A stretch of DNA of 64,000 nucleotides from Geopsychrobacteraceae bacterium (GCA_963676795.2 CAXXTB010000002.1:1280001-1344000), one strand, 5' to 3'; numbered from the stretch's first letter, positions 1-12,787 are shown. Translations and numbers: made by a program. Notes: generated by a model from the letters alone, not told the origin.

Positions 1-371
1 GCGTTGCCGGCACCGGTCGTCAGCTGCTCGGCGTCGTCAATCAGGCAGAAGCGGTAACGTCCCTCCAGCGGACGTAAAGAGAGCTGCTGCTGCAGGGCCC
101 GGATCTGCTCGATCTTGATCGTACCTCCGTCGGCGTCAATAATGTGCACGTCGGGGTGGTTGTTGTGATCCACCTTGCGACAGGCGCTGCAGGAGCCGCA
201 GCCATTGCCCTTGAGGCAGAGCAGGGCTCTGGCGAATGAGAGTGCGGTCAGGCGCTTGCCGACCCCGTCCGGCCCCTCGAACAGGTAGGCGTGGGCAATG
301 CGCTCATTACTGATGGCGCGGGAAAGCAGGTCTTTTTGTTGGGCATGGCCGGTTATGGCTGCAAATGTCAT
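1..371 (-). CDS. holB: DNA polymerase III delta-prime subunit (5' part; runs off window start)
   Basis: Manual translation from ATG at 371: MTFAAITGHAQQKDLLSRAISNERIAHAYLFEGPDGVGKRL...CGSCSACRKV...HPDV...IKIEQIR; has the AHAYLF-G-xx-GK motif and zinc cysteines. Confidence 0.9.
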   Translation of the reverse strand, partial: MTFAAITGHAQQKDLLSRAISNERIAHAYLFEGPDGVGKRLTALSFARALLCLKGNGCGSCSACRKVDHNNHPDVHIIDADGGTIKIEQIRALQQQLSLRPLEGRYRFCLIDDAEQLTTGAGN

Positions 372-420
372 GGTGTCTTTTGGGTAAAAGAAGAACGGAA
401 GACGAATATTAAGTTGCGGC

Positions 421-511
421 ATTATAGGGAAAGGGGCAGGGTTGAATCAAGTTTAAAGGGGCGACGGTCAATATGAAACAATTTGAATTGCTTTGGTAGT
501 TCCGTTATACT
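421..511. promoter_or_regulatory. Divergent sigma70-type promoters for holB (-) and rnc (+)
   Basis: + strand TTGAAT-N17-TATACT (483-511); - strand TTGATT-N18-TATAAT (450-421). Confidence 0.55.
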
Positions 512-542
512 GACCGGCCATTTCAAAGGAGAGCGACCTTTC

Positions 543-1238
543 ATGTGCGACCTGACTAGACTTGAAGACACTCTGGGCTATCATTTCAGGAACCCGGAGT
601 TGCCGCTGCAGGCTCTGACCCATAAATCCTTTGCCAATGAACAGGGTTCATCCGTGGATCATAACGAGCGTCTCGAATTCCTCGGGGACGCGGTGCTCGA
701 GCTTGCTGTCAGCGATCTGGTCTATCAGCGCTATCCCGATATCCCCGAAGGCGGTCTGACTCGTATCCGCGCCGAGGTGGTCAGCGAGGCCGGCCTTTCG
801 GCGCTGGCCCGTAGCCTTGATCTCGGTGGTGAATTGAGGTTGGGCAAGGGGGAGCTGAAGAGCGGCGGTCAGGACAAGCCGAGTGTTCTTTCCGACGCCT
901 TCGAAGCACTGCTCGGCGCTGTCTATCTGGATAGCGGCCTCGAAGCGGCCCAGCAGGTCGTCGACCGGGTGTTTTCCGGGGCGATTGCAGAAGCTGCCCA
1001 GTTGCGCTATGGCAGCGATTACAAGACCTGCCTTCAGGAGCGTCTGCAGTCACGATTTAACGAACTGCCCAATTACGAGATGGTCGAGATCAGCGGTCCC
1101 GACCATGACCGGCAGTTTTTTGTGGAAGTCCGATTTCAGGGGAAACTTCTCGGCAGAGGGAAGGGTCCCAGCAAGAAACGCGCTGAGCAGCAGGCGGCTG
1201 CTTCAGCGCTGGAACATCCCTCTGTCAGAGAGTTGTAG
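543..1238 (+). CDS. rnc: Ribonuclease III
   Basis: NERLEFLGDAVL signature and C-terminal dsRBD (DYKT.LQE...GPSKKRAEQQAA); ATG at 543 after GGAG. Confidence 0.97.
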   Translation: MCDLTRLEDTLGYHFRNPELPLQALTHKSFANEQGSSVDHNERLEFLGDAVLELAVSDLVYQRYPDIPEGGLTRIRAEVVSEAGLSALARSLDLGGELRLGKGELKSGGQDKPSVLSDAFEALLGAVYLDSGLEAAQQVVDRVFSGAIAEAAQLRYGSDYKTCLQERLQSRFNELPNYEMVEISGPDHDRQFFVEVRFQGKLLGRGKGPSKKRAEQQAAASALEHPSVREL

Positions 1239-1249
1239 AGTCATAAAGT

Positions 1250-2152
1250 ATGAGTGAAGAAAATTTTGTTTCGGGGTTTGTCTCGATTATTGGACGACCT
1301 AATGTCGGCAAGTCGACCCTGCTCAATCGTATTCTGGGGCAGAAGATCGCCATTACCTCCAACAAGCCGCAGACGACGCGCAACCGGATTCTCGGCGTGC
1401 ATAATTTCGAGGGCGGCCAGGCGCTGTTTGTCGATACCCCGGGCATTCACAAGGCCAAGGGCAAGCTCAACCGTTTCATGGTCGAGCAGGCCGTTTCGGC
1501 CTGTTCCGACGTCGACCTGATCCTCTTTCTGGTCGAAGCGGACGGCGGTCTCGGTGGCGGTGATGAATATATTCTCCAGCTGCTGGAAAAAAGCCGGGTT
1601 CCGGTTTTTCTGGTCATCAACAAGATCGACCTGGTCGAACGGCCGAACCTGCTGGCGATGATCCAGGATTACAGCGCACGTTTCGATTTTGAACAGGTCA
1701 TTCCGCTGTCGGCGCGTACCGGCGACGGTGTCGAACTGTTGCTCAAGGGGATCGAGCCTTATCTCAAGCCGGGGCCGCAATATTACCCCGACGACATGAT
1801 CACCGACCAGCCGGAGCGTGTCATTGCGGCGGAACTGGTGCGCGAAAAGATCATGCGCAGGACCTCGGAGGAGATTCCCTATGGTGTCGGTGTCAAGGTC
1901 GAACTCTTTGAGGAAAAGCCGGAGAAGGATCTTGTTGTCATCCACGCGACCATCCATGTTGAGCGCGACAGTCATAAAAAGATTATTGTCGGCAAAAGCG
2001 GTCAGATGATCAAAGCGCTGGGGCAGGAAGCACGCAAGGATATCGAACGTCTGCTCGGAACCAGGGTCTACCTGGAACTGTTCGTACGTGTTGATAAAAA
2101 CTGGAGCCAGAACGAGCGGATGCTCAAAGAGCTTGGCTACAGTGATCGTTAA
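1250..2152 (+). CDS. era: GTPase Era
   Basis: [19 protein letters not shown] domain; follows rnc. Confidence 0.97.
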   Translation: MSEENFVSGFVSIIGRPNVGKSTLLNRILGQKIAITSNKPQTTRNRILGVHNFEGGQALFVDTPGIHKAKGKLNRFMVEQAVSACSDVDLILFLVEADGGLGGGDEYILQLLEKSRVPVFLVINKIDLVERPNLLAMIQDYSARFDFEQVIPLSARTGDGVELLLKGIEPYLKPGPQYYPDDMITDQPERVIAAELVREKIMRRTSEEIPYGVGVKVELFEEKPEKDLVVIHATIHVERDSHKKIIVGKSGQMIKALGQEARKDIERLLGTRVYLELFVRVDKNWSQNERMLKELGYSDR

Positions 2153-2176
2153 ACTTAAATTCGTCAGGATTCAATA

Positions 2177-3499
2177 GTGAAAACCGTCGCTCTCGTTGGC
2201 CGCCCGAATGTCGGCAAGTCCACACTTTTCAATCGTTTGCTTGGTCAGCGTAAAGCGATCGTTGAAGATTTTCCCGGTGTCACCCGCGATCGTCATTACG
2301 CGGAAGTGACCCGCTTCAAAAAGCCTTTTCTGCTGATCGATACCGGTGGTTTCGAGCCGGCCAGCAGTGACCGCCTTCTGTCGCAGATGCGTGAACAGTC
2401 GCAACTGGCGGTTGAAGAGGCGGATATTATCCTCTATGTAATGGATGTCAAGGACGGCCTGACCGCATCCGATGTCGAGATCGCCAAGATGCTGCGCAAG
2501 GTCGATAAGCCGGTTCTCTATCTGGTCAACAAGGTCGACGGGGAGAAGCAGGAGACTGCAGCGACAGAATTCTATTCCCTCGGTATCGAGGAGTTTTTGA
2601 CCCTTTCCGCTGAACACGGCCGCGGCATTAACGATCTGGTTGAAAACCTGGAGGCGCTATTGCCCGACGAATCTGTCAGTGACGAGCAGGTCACTGAGGT
2701 GCGCATGGCGCTGATCGGCCGGCCGAATGTCGGCAAGTCTTCTCTGGTCAATCGTCTTCTCGGTTATGAGAGGGTTGTCGCCAACCCGGTCGCAGGAACG
2801 ACCCGTGACAGTATCGATACCCCTTTTACCTACAACGGCCAGCGCTATGTGTTGATTGATACCGCCGGGATCCGGCGCAAGGGGAAGGTGACAGTGGCCC
2901 TGGAAAAATACAGCGCCATCACCTCGCTCAAAGCGATGGACCGTGCTCACGTGGTCCTCATGGTCCTTGATGCCGAAGAGGGGGTGACCGATCAGGATCT
3001 GGCTGTCGCCGGCTATGCCTATGAAAAGGGGCGCGCACTGATTCTGATCGTCAATAAGTGGGATATCCCGGAAAAAGATGACCAGACCATGGGCAAGTTT
3101 GTCGAAGAGGTGCGCAGGCGCTTCAAGTTTCTGCCCTTTGCGCCGCTGCTGTTCGTGTCCGCTCTGACCGGACAGCGCGTCAACAGGATCATGCCGAAGG
3201 TCGAAGAAGTCGCTGAGGAGTTCAATCGCCGGATCACCACCGGCCAGCTCAACCAGGGACTGGAGGAGTTTGTCGCCAAACATGCTCCGGCCATGGTTGC
3301 CGGTCGCCAGACCAAGTTTTATTATGCTGCTCAGGGTGCGGTCCGGCCGCCGAGTTTTGTTATTTTTACCAACCGGCCGGCCGATATCCATTTTTCGTAC
3401 CAGCGCTATCTGATCAATTGCTTTAGAGAAAAATTTAATTTTAATCAGGTGCCAATTCGTTTACAGTTCAAGGGGCGCGGCAAACAAGCCGAAAAATGA
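2177..3499 (+). CDS. der: Ribosome biogenesis GTPase Der (EngA)
   Basis: Two tandem GRPNVGKS GTPase domains. Confidence 0.97.
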   Translation: MKTVALVGRPNVGKSTLFNRLLGQRKAIVEDFPGVTRDRHYAEVTRFKKPFLLIDTGGFEPASSDRLLSQMREQSQLAVEEADIILYVMDVKDGLTASDVEIAKMLRKVDKPVLYLVNKVDGEKQETAATEFYSLGIEEFLTLSAEHGRGINDLVENLEALLPDESVSDEQVTEVRMALIGRPNVGKSSLVNRLLGYERVVANPVAGTTRDSIDTPFTYNGQRYVLIDTAGIRRKGKVTVALEKYSAITSLKAMDRAHVVLMVLDAEEGVTDQDLAVAGYAYEKGRALILIVNKWDIPEKDDQTMGKFVEEVRRRFKFLPFAPLLFVSALTGQRVNRIMPKVEEVAEEFNRRITTGQLNQGLEEFVAKHAPAMVAGRQTKFYYAAQGAVRPPSFVIFTNRPADIHFSYQRYLINCFREKFNFNQVPIRLQFKGRGKQAEK

Positions 3500-3522
3500 A
3501 AACATAATTGAGGGGTGCTGAG

Positions 3523-4596
3523 ATGACGCTTGAAGGCTATCTGGAAGATCTCAACATCAAGGACCTGCTTCAGCTGCTTAGCCTGAGCAAGAAGTCGGGG
3601 ACTTTGTCACTGAAAAGTCGTGACGCTGAGGGGCAGGTCTGTTTCCATAACGGGCAGGTGATCCGTGCTTTTTCCAGTCAGTATCAGGAAGGACTCGGAC
3701 AGCTGCTGAAAAAACACGAGCTCGTGTCTCAGGAGCAGATCGACAAGGCTCTGGTCTGTCAGAAATCACTGCCATCCCACCAGCCGCTCGGCAAGATACT
3801 TGCCGAGCAGTTCAGTATTCCGGCGACAATTATCGAAAAGATTGTCGCCAGCCAGATTGAAAAAATTGTTTTCAGTTTTTTTGCCTGGCAGACAGGGCGT
3901 TTTACCTTTGCGTTGCATACTCCAGAATCCTTCGGCACGGCTCAGTTCAATCCTCTCGACTTCATGCTGACGGAAGGGCTGAGCTCGGAGTTGCTGGCGT
4001 TAAAAGGGAATCAGCTTTCCAATAACACCGGGCAAACACTGGATGAGCGTGGTCTGGAGGCAGAGTTGGTCAGGCGTGAGCAGCATTATGATCTCAAGGG
4101 TGTCAGTCTGCTGCGTGGAATGCTGGCCGAGCTTGAACATCCTGAGTTCGGTGGCGGAATCATCCTGCTGATTCTGCGCTATGCCAGCGAAGTAATGAGC
4201 CGGGCTATCATCTTCGACCTGCGCGGCAGGCAGTTGGTCGGACTTGGTCAATTCGGTTTCAATGCCCAGTATCGCAATGCGGATCAGATGGTCCGGATGA
4301 TGCGCCTGCAGATTGACAACGATTCGCTCTTTGAGCGTGTCATGCGCGAACGACGCGGCTTTGTCGCCGGGTTGGGTGATACTGCCGCAGAGCGGCAACT
4401 GCAGGAGATGCTTGGTAAGCCGTCTGGCGAAGTTTTCGCCGGACCTTTATTGAACGATGGCAAGGTTATCGCCGTTCTTATCGGCGACAACCATCCGAAC
4501 CATGAGCCGTTTGCCGTCCTCGATTCTTTTCAGGTCTTTCTTTCGCAGGCCGGGCTGGCGCTGGAGCATGCCCTTTACGGAAAGTCACAACTATAA
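3523..4596 (+). CDS. DUF4388 (PATAN-like) protein with MshEN-like repeat and GAF-like C-terminus
   Basis: N-terminus LEGYLEDLNIKDLLQLLSLSKKSGTL...W.TGRFTF; LGQLL...Q and LGKIL...Q repeats; C-terminal GPLLNDGKVIAVLIGD is GAF-like. Confidence 0.65.
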   Translation: MTLEGYLEDLNIKDLLQLLSLSKKSGTLSLKSRDAEGQVCFHNGQVIRAFSSQYQEGLGQLLKKHELVSQEQIDKALVCQKSLPSHQPLGKILAEQFSIPATIIEKIVASQIEKIVFSFFAWQTGRFTFALHTPESFGTAQFNPLDFMLTEGLSSELLALKGNQLSNNTGQTLDERGLEAELVRREQHYDLKGVSLLRGMLAELEHPEFGGGIILLILRYASEVMSRAIIFDLRGRQLVGLGQFGFNAQYRNADQMVRMMRLQIDNDSLFERVMRERRGFVAGLGDTAAERQLQEMLGKPSGEVFAGPLLNDGKVIAVLIGDNHPNHEPFAVLDSFQVFLSQAGLALEHALYGKSQL

Positions 4597-4655
4597 AGAA
4601 TTTTTAGGATCTTCTGTTATACTCAATACAATGCGATTTGCAAGGAGGTCAGTGC

Positions 4656-5024
4656 ATGCCGGAAAAGATTCTTATCGTTGAAGATGAAGAAAGTCTGTTG
4701 AAACTGGAAAGTATCCTGTTGACAACAAAAGGTTACCTGGTCCGGGGGGCAACGACAGGTACGGCAGCTCTTGAAGCTATAGCCGAAGAGAAGCCGGATC
4801 TGGTCCTGCTTGACATCATGCTGCCGGGACTCGATGGTTTTTCGGTGTGTGAGAAGATCAAGCAGAATCCTGAAACCTCTCATATTCCGGTGATTCTGCT
4901 GACCGCAAAGAAAACCCCTGAGGATCTGGCCCGCGGCGAAGCTGTCGGTGCTGACCAGTATATCACCAAGCCTTTTAAGTCAGCCATGGTTATGGATGTG
5001 ATCGACAGGCTGATCAAGAAATAG
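4656..5024 (+). CDS. Single-domain response regulator (receiver)
   Basis: ILIVEDE, DLVLLDIMLPGLDG, LTAK, YITKPF; RBS AGGAGG. Confidence 0.92.
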   Translation: MPEKILIVEDEESLLKLESILLTTKGYLVRGATTGTAALEAIAEEKPDLVLLDIMLPGLDGFSVCEKIKQNPETSHIPVILLTAKKTPEDLARGEAVGADQYITKPFKSAMVMDVIDRLIKK

Positions 5025-5041
5025 ACAAGCTTAGTGTTTAT

Positions 5042-5070
5042 AAAAATCCCGGCTGTTGTCGGGATTTTTT
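5042..5070 (+). terminator. Intrinsic terminator
   Basis: AAAAATCCCGGC-TGTT-GTCGGGATTTTTT. Confidence 0.6.
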
Positions 5071-5139
5071 ATGCTCTGTTTTTGTCCTTGCAGCATCTCG
5101 GATATTCGCTATATTTATAACGAAATTCCGGAGATAACC

Positions 5140-5526
5140 ATGAAATACAGGATACTGATTGTTGATGATTCAGCCATGATGAGACAGTTTGTTACTGTCT
5201 CTCTTTCCGCCGTTCCTGGATTGTTCTGCGATCAGGCGGGTGATGGAATGCAGGCGCTGAAGATGCTCGCAGCAGGTCGGTACGATATTCTGATTACAGA
5301 TATCAATATGCCGCAGATTGATGGACTGAAACTGCTTGAACTGGTACGCAAGGATCCTCAGTATTGCAATCTGCCGGTGGTTGTTGTGACCACGGAAGGC
5401 GCTGATCCGAGCCGTGATGCAGCGCTTGCCGCCGGGGCGGATGAGTATCTGACCAAGCCGCTGCAGACCGGGAAGCTGGTCAAGACGGTGAGGAAAATGC
5501 TCGATCCTGAAAATAGGCGTCACTGA
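5140..5526 (+). CDS. CheY-like single-domain response regulator
   Basis: [26 protein letters not shown]. Confidence 0.9.
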   Translation: MKYRILIVDDSAMMRQFVTVSLSAVPGLFCDQAGDGMQALKMLAAGRYDILITDINMPQIDGLKLLELVRKDPQYCNLPVVVVTTEGADPSRDAALAAGADEYLTKPLQTGKLVKTVRKMLDPENRRH

Positions 5527-5618
5527 TTCGGTCGCTTGGACTTGACAGCTCTGGACGAACATGTAATAAGACGCATCGATATTCATTTTGTCTTCATTCT
5601 GACTTTGCGGAGGAAACG

Positions 5619-5837
5619 TTGGCTAAAGAAGAAGCAATTGAAGTGGAAGGAACTGTCGTTGAGCCCTTGCCCAACGCCATGTTCAGGGTCAAACTCGACA
5701 ACGATCATGTTGTTCTGGCCCATATTTCCGGAAAAATGAGAAAGTACTACATCCGTATTCTGCCGGGAGATCGCGTGACCGTCGAGCTTTCCCCCTATGA
5801 CCTGACTCGCGGACGGATTACTTACCGGGCGAAATAG
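5619..5837 (+). CDS. infA: Translation initiation factor IF-1
   Basis: [11 protein letters not shown]...LPNAMFRV...[11 protein letters not shown] start after GGAGG. Confidence 0.97.
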   Translation: MAKEEAIEVEGTVVEPLPNAMFRVKLDNDHVVLAHISGKMRKYYIRILPGDRVTVELSPYDLTRGRITYRAK

Positions 5838-5985
5838 ATAGTCTGCTGCCCGCTATTTGTAGCAGCAGGAGCTCGTCTCATCATTTCTGTATGTCATAAA
5901 TCGATACCGGCCTGTGCCGGTTTTCGTGTATATAATTCATTTATTTTCTATTCTAAGGCAGTGCGCGTCTCACTGCGGAGGCGAT

Positions 5986-8540
<2,555 letters not shown>

Positions 8541-8541
<1 letters not shown>

Positions 8542-9047
8542 TGAGGCGCGTACTCTTTGCGTTTGTCATTTGTACCCTGCTCGCCTCCTGTGGATATCAT
8601 CTGCCCGGGCAGGGGGGCGTCCTTGCGCAGGGGGGGGCAGTTTATCTCCCTCTCTTCGAAAACCGTAGCTCTGAGCCTCTGCTCGAGCAGTTGGCGACCA
8701 GCTGCCTGTCTGAGGAACTGTCAAGAAATTCCAGAGTCAGGCTGGTTGAGCGTTCTGATGTATCCGACATGGTCCTGCGTGGCTCAGTCAGCAGGTACGT
8801 GCGCTCCGCTTTGGCCTATGATTCTGCTGATAATATTGCTCTTTATCGCCTGACCATTGCGTTGCATGCCGAGCTGATGAATGTTGCCGACAAGCAGATT
8901 GTCTGGCAGGGTGATCTGATCAGGAGCGAGAATTTTTACGCAGATTCCAACAAGATGCTTCAGGATGATCGTGAAGAGAATGCGAAAAAGGTTCTGATGC
9001 AGCGGCTGGTCGAAGATCTTTACGATCAGCTAGTCGACGATTTTTAA
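8541..9047 (+). CDS. lptE: LPS assembly lipoprotein LptE
   Basis: Lipobox LASCGYHL; conserved leuS-lptE-holA order; TGATG overlap with leuS. Confidence 0.8.
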
Positions 9048-9058
9048 GGATTTCAGCA

Positions 9059-10057
9059 ATGACTTCAGAAGAATTCTTCCGCCTGCTCAGGCAGGGCCAG
9101 ATTCCGGAGGTTATTGTTCTGAGCGGCAATGAGCCGTTTTTGATCGATCGTGCCCGTAAGGCCGTGCGCTCTGCCGTCTTTGGCGCCGGCAAAGATGATT
9201 TCAATGACAATCAGTTCGAGGCCAAAGGTACGAGCGCCGAAGCCGTGATCGAGACTGCGGTTACGCTGCCGGTTTTTGCCGTCAGACGACTGGTGACCGT
9301 CAAGGATATTCACCAGTGGCCAGCAGCAGAACTGGACCTGCTGTTAAGCTACATTGAACGGCCTGTCCCTGAGACCTGTCTGCTCCTGACCGCTGAGAAA
9401 CTTGACAGTCGACGCAAGTCGACCCAGCTTCTGAAAAAAGCATCAGCTTTTGTTGAGTTCAAACCGCTGGCAGAACGGGAGCTGCCCGGTTACATTTCCC
9501 AATACCTGCGTCAACACGATTTTGCCATGACCTCTGACGCACTTGTGTTGTTCTGCTCGATGGTCAGCGGCAGTCTACATGACGTTCATTCTGAACTGGA
9601 AAAATTGATCGTTTTTCTCGGGGAGAAGCGTCTGATCGATATTGCCGAAGTGCAGGCCGTTGTCTCCAGGGGAAGGGCGGAAAACATTTTTGAACTAGGT
9701 CATGCCGTCGGTCGTGGCGATGCTGCTACGGCCCTGCGTGTTGTGGCTCGTCTGACCTCGTGCGGAGAACCTCCGTTGCGGATCCTGACGTTGCTGGTCA
9801 GACATTTCAGGCAGATGTGGAAGGTCAGGGAGCTTCAGGTCCAGCGTTGCCCGGAAAAGGAGATTCCTGCCATGGCCGGAGTTCCGTACTTTGCAGTCAG
9901 TGATCTGTTGAAACAGGGAAAACGTTTTTCGCGGGTCGATTTTATGGCGGGTTATGAGATGTTTCTCGAGACTGATCTTGCTATGAAGTCGAGTGGTGCA
10001 GATGCTGATGCTCTGCTCGAGTCCCTGGTTTTGCAGTTGGCTGCCCGTAAGCGTTAA
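9059..10057 (+). CDS. holA: DNA polymerase III delta subunit
   Basis: G.EPFLI, ELEKL, IFEL, ETDLAMKS motifs; synteny. Confidence 0.9.
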   Translation: MTSEEFFRLLRQGQIPEVIVLSGNEPFLIDRARKAVRSAVFGAGKDDFNDNQFEAKGTSAEAVIETAVTLPVFAVRRLVTVKDIHQWPAAELDLLLSYIERPVPETCLLLTAEKLDSRRKSTQLLKKASAFVEFKPLAERELPGYISQYLRQHDFAMTSDALVLFCSMVSGSLHDVHSELEKLIVFLGEKRLIDIAEVQAVVSRGRAENIFELGHAVGRGDAATALRVVARLTSCGEPPLRILTLLVRHFRQMWKVRELQVQRCPEKEIPAMAGVPYFAVSDLLKQGKRFSRVDFMAGYEMFLETDLAMKSSGADADALLESLVLQLAARKR

Positions 10058-10060
10058 GCT

Positions 10061-10100
10061 GACAAACAAAAAGGCCGCAGATGCGGCCTTTTTGTTTGTC
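10061..10100. terminator. Bidirectional intrinsic terminator between holA and rpsT
   Basis: Perfect palindrome GACAAACAAAAAGGCCGCA-GA-TGCGGCCTTTTTGTTTGTC. Confidence 0.85.
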
Positions 10101-10125
10101 TTGTATCTTGTATGTCTACATCTTG

Positions 10126-10389
10126 TTATGCAAGAGTATTGACCAGTTTGGACAGGCGTGAAATCTTGCGGCTGGCGGTCGCTTTGTGAATGACGCCTTT
10201 GGTTGCAGTTTTGTCGATATATGGAACTGCCTTTGCCAGAGCCGCAGCAGCTGCTTCTTTGTCGCCGGCAGTGACTGCTTCACGTACGTTTTTTACCAGG
10301 GTGCGCATGGTGGAGCGAATATGGGTGTTGCGAGCATTGCGGGCAGTGTTCTGCTTGATACGCTTGAGAGCCGATTTATGATTGGCCAC
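10126..10389 (-). CDS. rpsT: 30S ribosomal protein S20
   Basis: [10 protein letters not shown]...[16 protein letters not shown]. Confidence 0.97.
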   Translation of the reverse strand: MANHKSALKRIKQNTARNARNTHIRSTMRTLVKNVREAVTAGDKEAAAAALAKAVPYIDKTATKGVIHKATASRKISRLSKLVNTLA

Positions 10390-10551
10390 GATTTATTCTC
10401 CTTGTGAATATTTTTTATGGTCCTGCTGAAAGCTCGCTGATACTAGTTGATGGATGGTTTTTCTGTCAAGTTAAAAAGCGCTAAGTCGCATTTAAAAAAA
10501 TGCATAATTTCAATTAATTACGTAAATAGACTCTGGGATTAAAAATATATA

Positions 10552-12120
10552 ATGACGCTACGTCGCAAAATTTCCTCCGCCACTCTGGTCATGGCACTGG
10601 CAACATTCCTCAGTCGTATCGCGGGGTTGGTGCGTGATATTGTTGTCGCCCGGGTTTTTGGGGCCGGCTTTGTCTCTGATGCTTTTTTTATGGCCTTTAC
10701 CATACCGAACCTGCTACGTCGTTTTTTCGGTGAAGGTTCACTGACCGCAGCTTTTGTTCCGACCTTTTCCGAGATTTATCATGCGGAAGGGGAGGAACGT
10801 TCCCGGCAGTTTTTCCGACGTTGTCTGACCCTGTTGCTGATGACTATGATTCTGGTCGTCATTCTCGGGATTCTCTTCTCCCCCCGGATTGTCCAGGTCA
10901 TTGCCCATGGTTTTGCCCAGGTCGAGGGGAAGGTCGAGCTGACCGATATGTTGAACCGGGTCATGTTTCCTTATATCGGTCTGGTCTCTCTGCTGGCGCT
11001 GTTCACAGGTATACTGAATGTCCGTGGTCATTTTTTTATCCCGTCTTTGTCGCCACTGTTTTTGAATCTGGCCATGATTTTTTCGGCCCTTTGTCTGGGC
11101 AGTTTTTTCGAGCGGCCGGTATTTGCCCTTGCTGTCGGCGTTGTCGTTGGTGGTGTCGTTCAATTGTTGGCGCAGATTCCGTTGTTGCTCAGGTTTGGCT
11201 TCGGGTTGCGCCTCGATTTTGGATTTATGCGTGATGCCGCAGTCAGGAAGGTGGCTTCACTGATGCTGCCCGGTATCGCCGGGGTGGCTATCTATCAGAT
11301 CAATCTTGTCGTGACCCGTCTGCTGGCTTCGTTCCTGCCGCAGGGGAGTGTGTCTTATCTTTATTATGGTCAGCGCCTGTTTGAGTTTCCTCAGGGGATA
11401 TTTGTTGTCTCTCTGGCTCAGGCGGTATTGCCGATGATGAGCCGGCAGATTGCCGAGGGCGATATGAAGGGGATGAACGAATCGCTGCGTTTTGCGCTTG
11501 CGCTGATAAGTGTCTTTACTTTGCCTGCCGTGGTTGGGCTGATTGTCTGTGCCGGTCCGATATATTCCCTGTTCTTTCTCGGCGGTGAGTTTGACGCTGT
11601 CGCCACGCGAAAAACTGCCGAGGCTCTGGTCTGCTACGCACCTGGTTTGATATTTGTCGGTTACAGCCGGATTGCCTCGCAGACTTTTTTTGCGCTTAAG
11701 GATACCAGGACCCCGGTACTTGTCTCTTTCTGGACTCTTGTTGTCAATGTCGTTGCTGGTTATCTCCTCATGTTGTGGCTTGATCACCTTGGCCTCGCCC
11801 TGGGCTTGACGATTGCGTCTTTATTCAATGCGCTGGCTCTGATGCTGTTATTGAGGTCCCGGGTCGATGCTTTTATCAAGCAGGGGATTGTTCTGCCCCT
11901 GTTGAAGGTTGTCGTCCCGGCCATGCTCATGGGGGGCGTTGCGGTGTTGTTCCTGCGGGTGGGCGATCGGATCACTGATGGCTCCAGGATGGTCGATGGG
12001 GCCATCCTGTTGGTCACCGTTGGTCTGTCTGTATGCGTTTATCTGGTGGGCTGTTATTGTTTTCAGGTCAATGAGGTCAGGCAGGGGCTTCAGCTGCTCA
12101 GGCGGCGACGGAAGGTATAG
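10552..12120 (+). CDS. murJ: Lipid II flippase MurJ (MviN)
   Basis: SRIAGLVRD, PNLLRRFFGEG, RLFEFPQG; many TM segments. Confidence 0.95.
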   Translation: MTLRRKISSATLVMALATFLSRIAGLVRDIVVARVFGAGFVSDAFFMAFTIPNLLRRFFGEGSLTAAFVPTFSEIYHAEGEERSRQFFRRCLTLLLMTMILVVILGILFSPRIVQVIAHGFAQVEGKVELTDMLNRVMFPYIGLVSLLALFTGILNVRGHFFIPSLSPLFLNLAMIFSALCLGSFFERPVFALAVGVVVGGVVQLLAQIPLLLRFGFGLRLDFGFMRDAAVRKVASLMLPGIAGVAIYQINLVVTRLLASFLPQGSVSYLYYGQRLFEFPQGIFVVSLAQAVLPMMSRQIAEGDMKGMNESLRFALALISVFTLPAVVGLIVCAGPIYSLFFLGGEFDAVATRKTAEALVCYAPGLIFVGYSRIASQTFFALKDTRTPVLVSFWTLVVNVVAGYLLMLWLDHLGLALGLTIASLFNALALMLLLRSRVDAFIKQGIVLPLLKVVVPAMLMGGVAVLFLRVGDRITDGSRMVDGAILLVTVGLSVCVYLVGCYCFQVNEVRQGLQLLRRRRKV

Positions 12121-12163
12121 TCGCCGCCTGCCGGCACCCCTGTTATAGCTCTCCACACTGTAT

Positions 12164-12556
12164 TCAGAAGCGGTTGATATGAATCTGACCGCTTCTGATC
12201 CTGTTTTGCAGCCAGTTTCTGATCCTCCCTTTGAGTAGTTGCCTCGTAACAGGCGTCAGCAGGAAAAAACCGAACAGGTCAGTACAAAATCCTGGTGTCA
12301 GCAGGAGCAGTCCCCCAGTGAGAATCATTGCTCCGTCGATCAGTTCTTCCTGGGGCAATCTTCCCTGACTTAATTCATTCTGAATGCGGTTCAGGAGGGC
12401 AAATCCCTGTGATCTGGCCATGGCCGCACCGGCTATTCCGGTCAGGATGATGAGGCCAATTGTTGGCAGTGCCCCGATCTGCTGCCCTGCGCTGATCAGG
12501 ACATAGATTTCAATGACGGGAACCAGGGTGAAAAGAATTATCAGTTTTATAAACAT
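12164..12556 (-). CDS. fxsA: FxsA family membrane protein
   Basis: P.IEIYVLI, GGLLLLTPGF.TD motif. Confidence 0.9.
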   Translation of the reverse strand: MFIKLIILFTLVPVIEIYVLISAGQQIGALPTIGLIILTGIAGAAMARSQGFALLNRIQNELSQGRLPQEELIDGAMILTGGLLLLTPGFCTDLFGFFLLTPVTRQLLKGRIRNWLQNRIRSGQIHINRF

Positions 12557-12787
12557 TTATCGTCCTTATGTGAATCATTTAATGGAGTTCTCGCAATGCC
12601 ACGGGGCAGCCCTGAGAGTTGGGTCCAGCAAATTCCTAAGTACCTGTAAAATAATGACTTTATGTTTGTCTAAAAAATAGGCAAGATGCTGGCTGGTCCA
12701 GTATTTGCCGTCGATACCTGGATTTCAACAGGGTTATAAACATCATTTCCACAGCTTGTGTGGATGGTCCGTGAAAGTTATTGTTTT

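Noticed and set aside
5058..5075. TGTCGGGATTTTT resembling the enhancer box, with an overlapping GG-N10-GC
   Set aside because: Lacks the ACA half-site and is fully explained as the 3' arm of a terminator
8612..8637. G6 and G8 runs in lptE as phase-variation tracts
   Set aside because: They encode Gly-rich linker residues in a probably essential gene and the frame is intact
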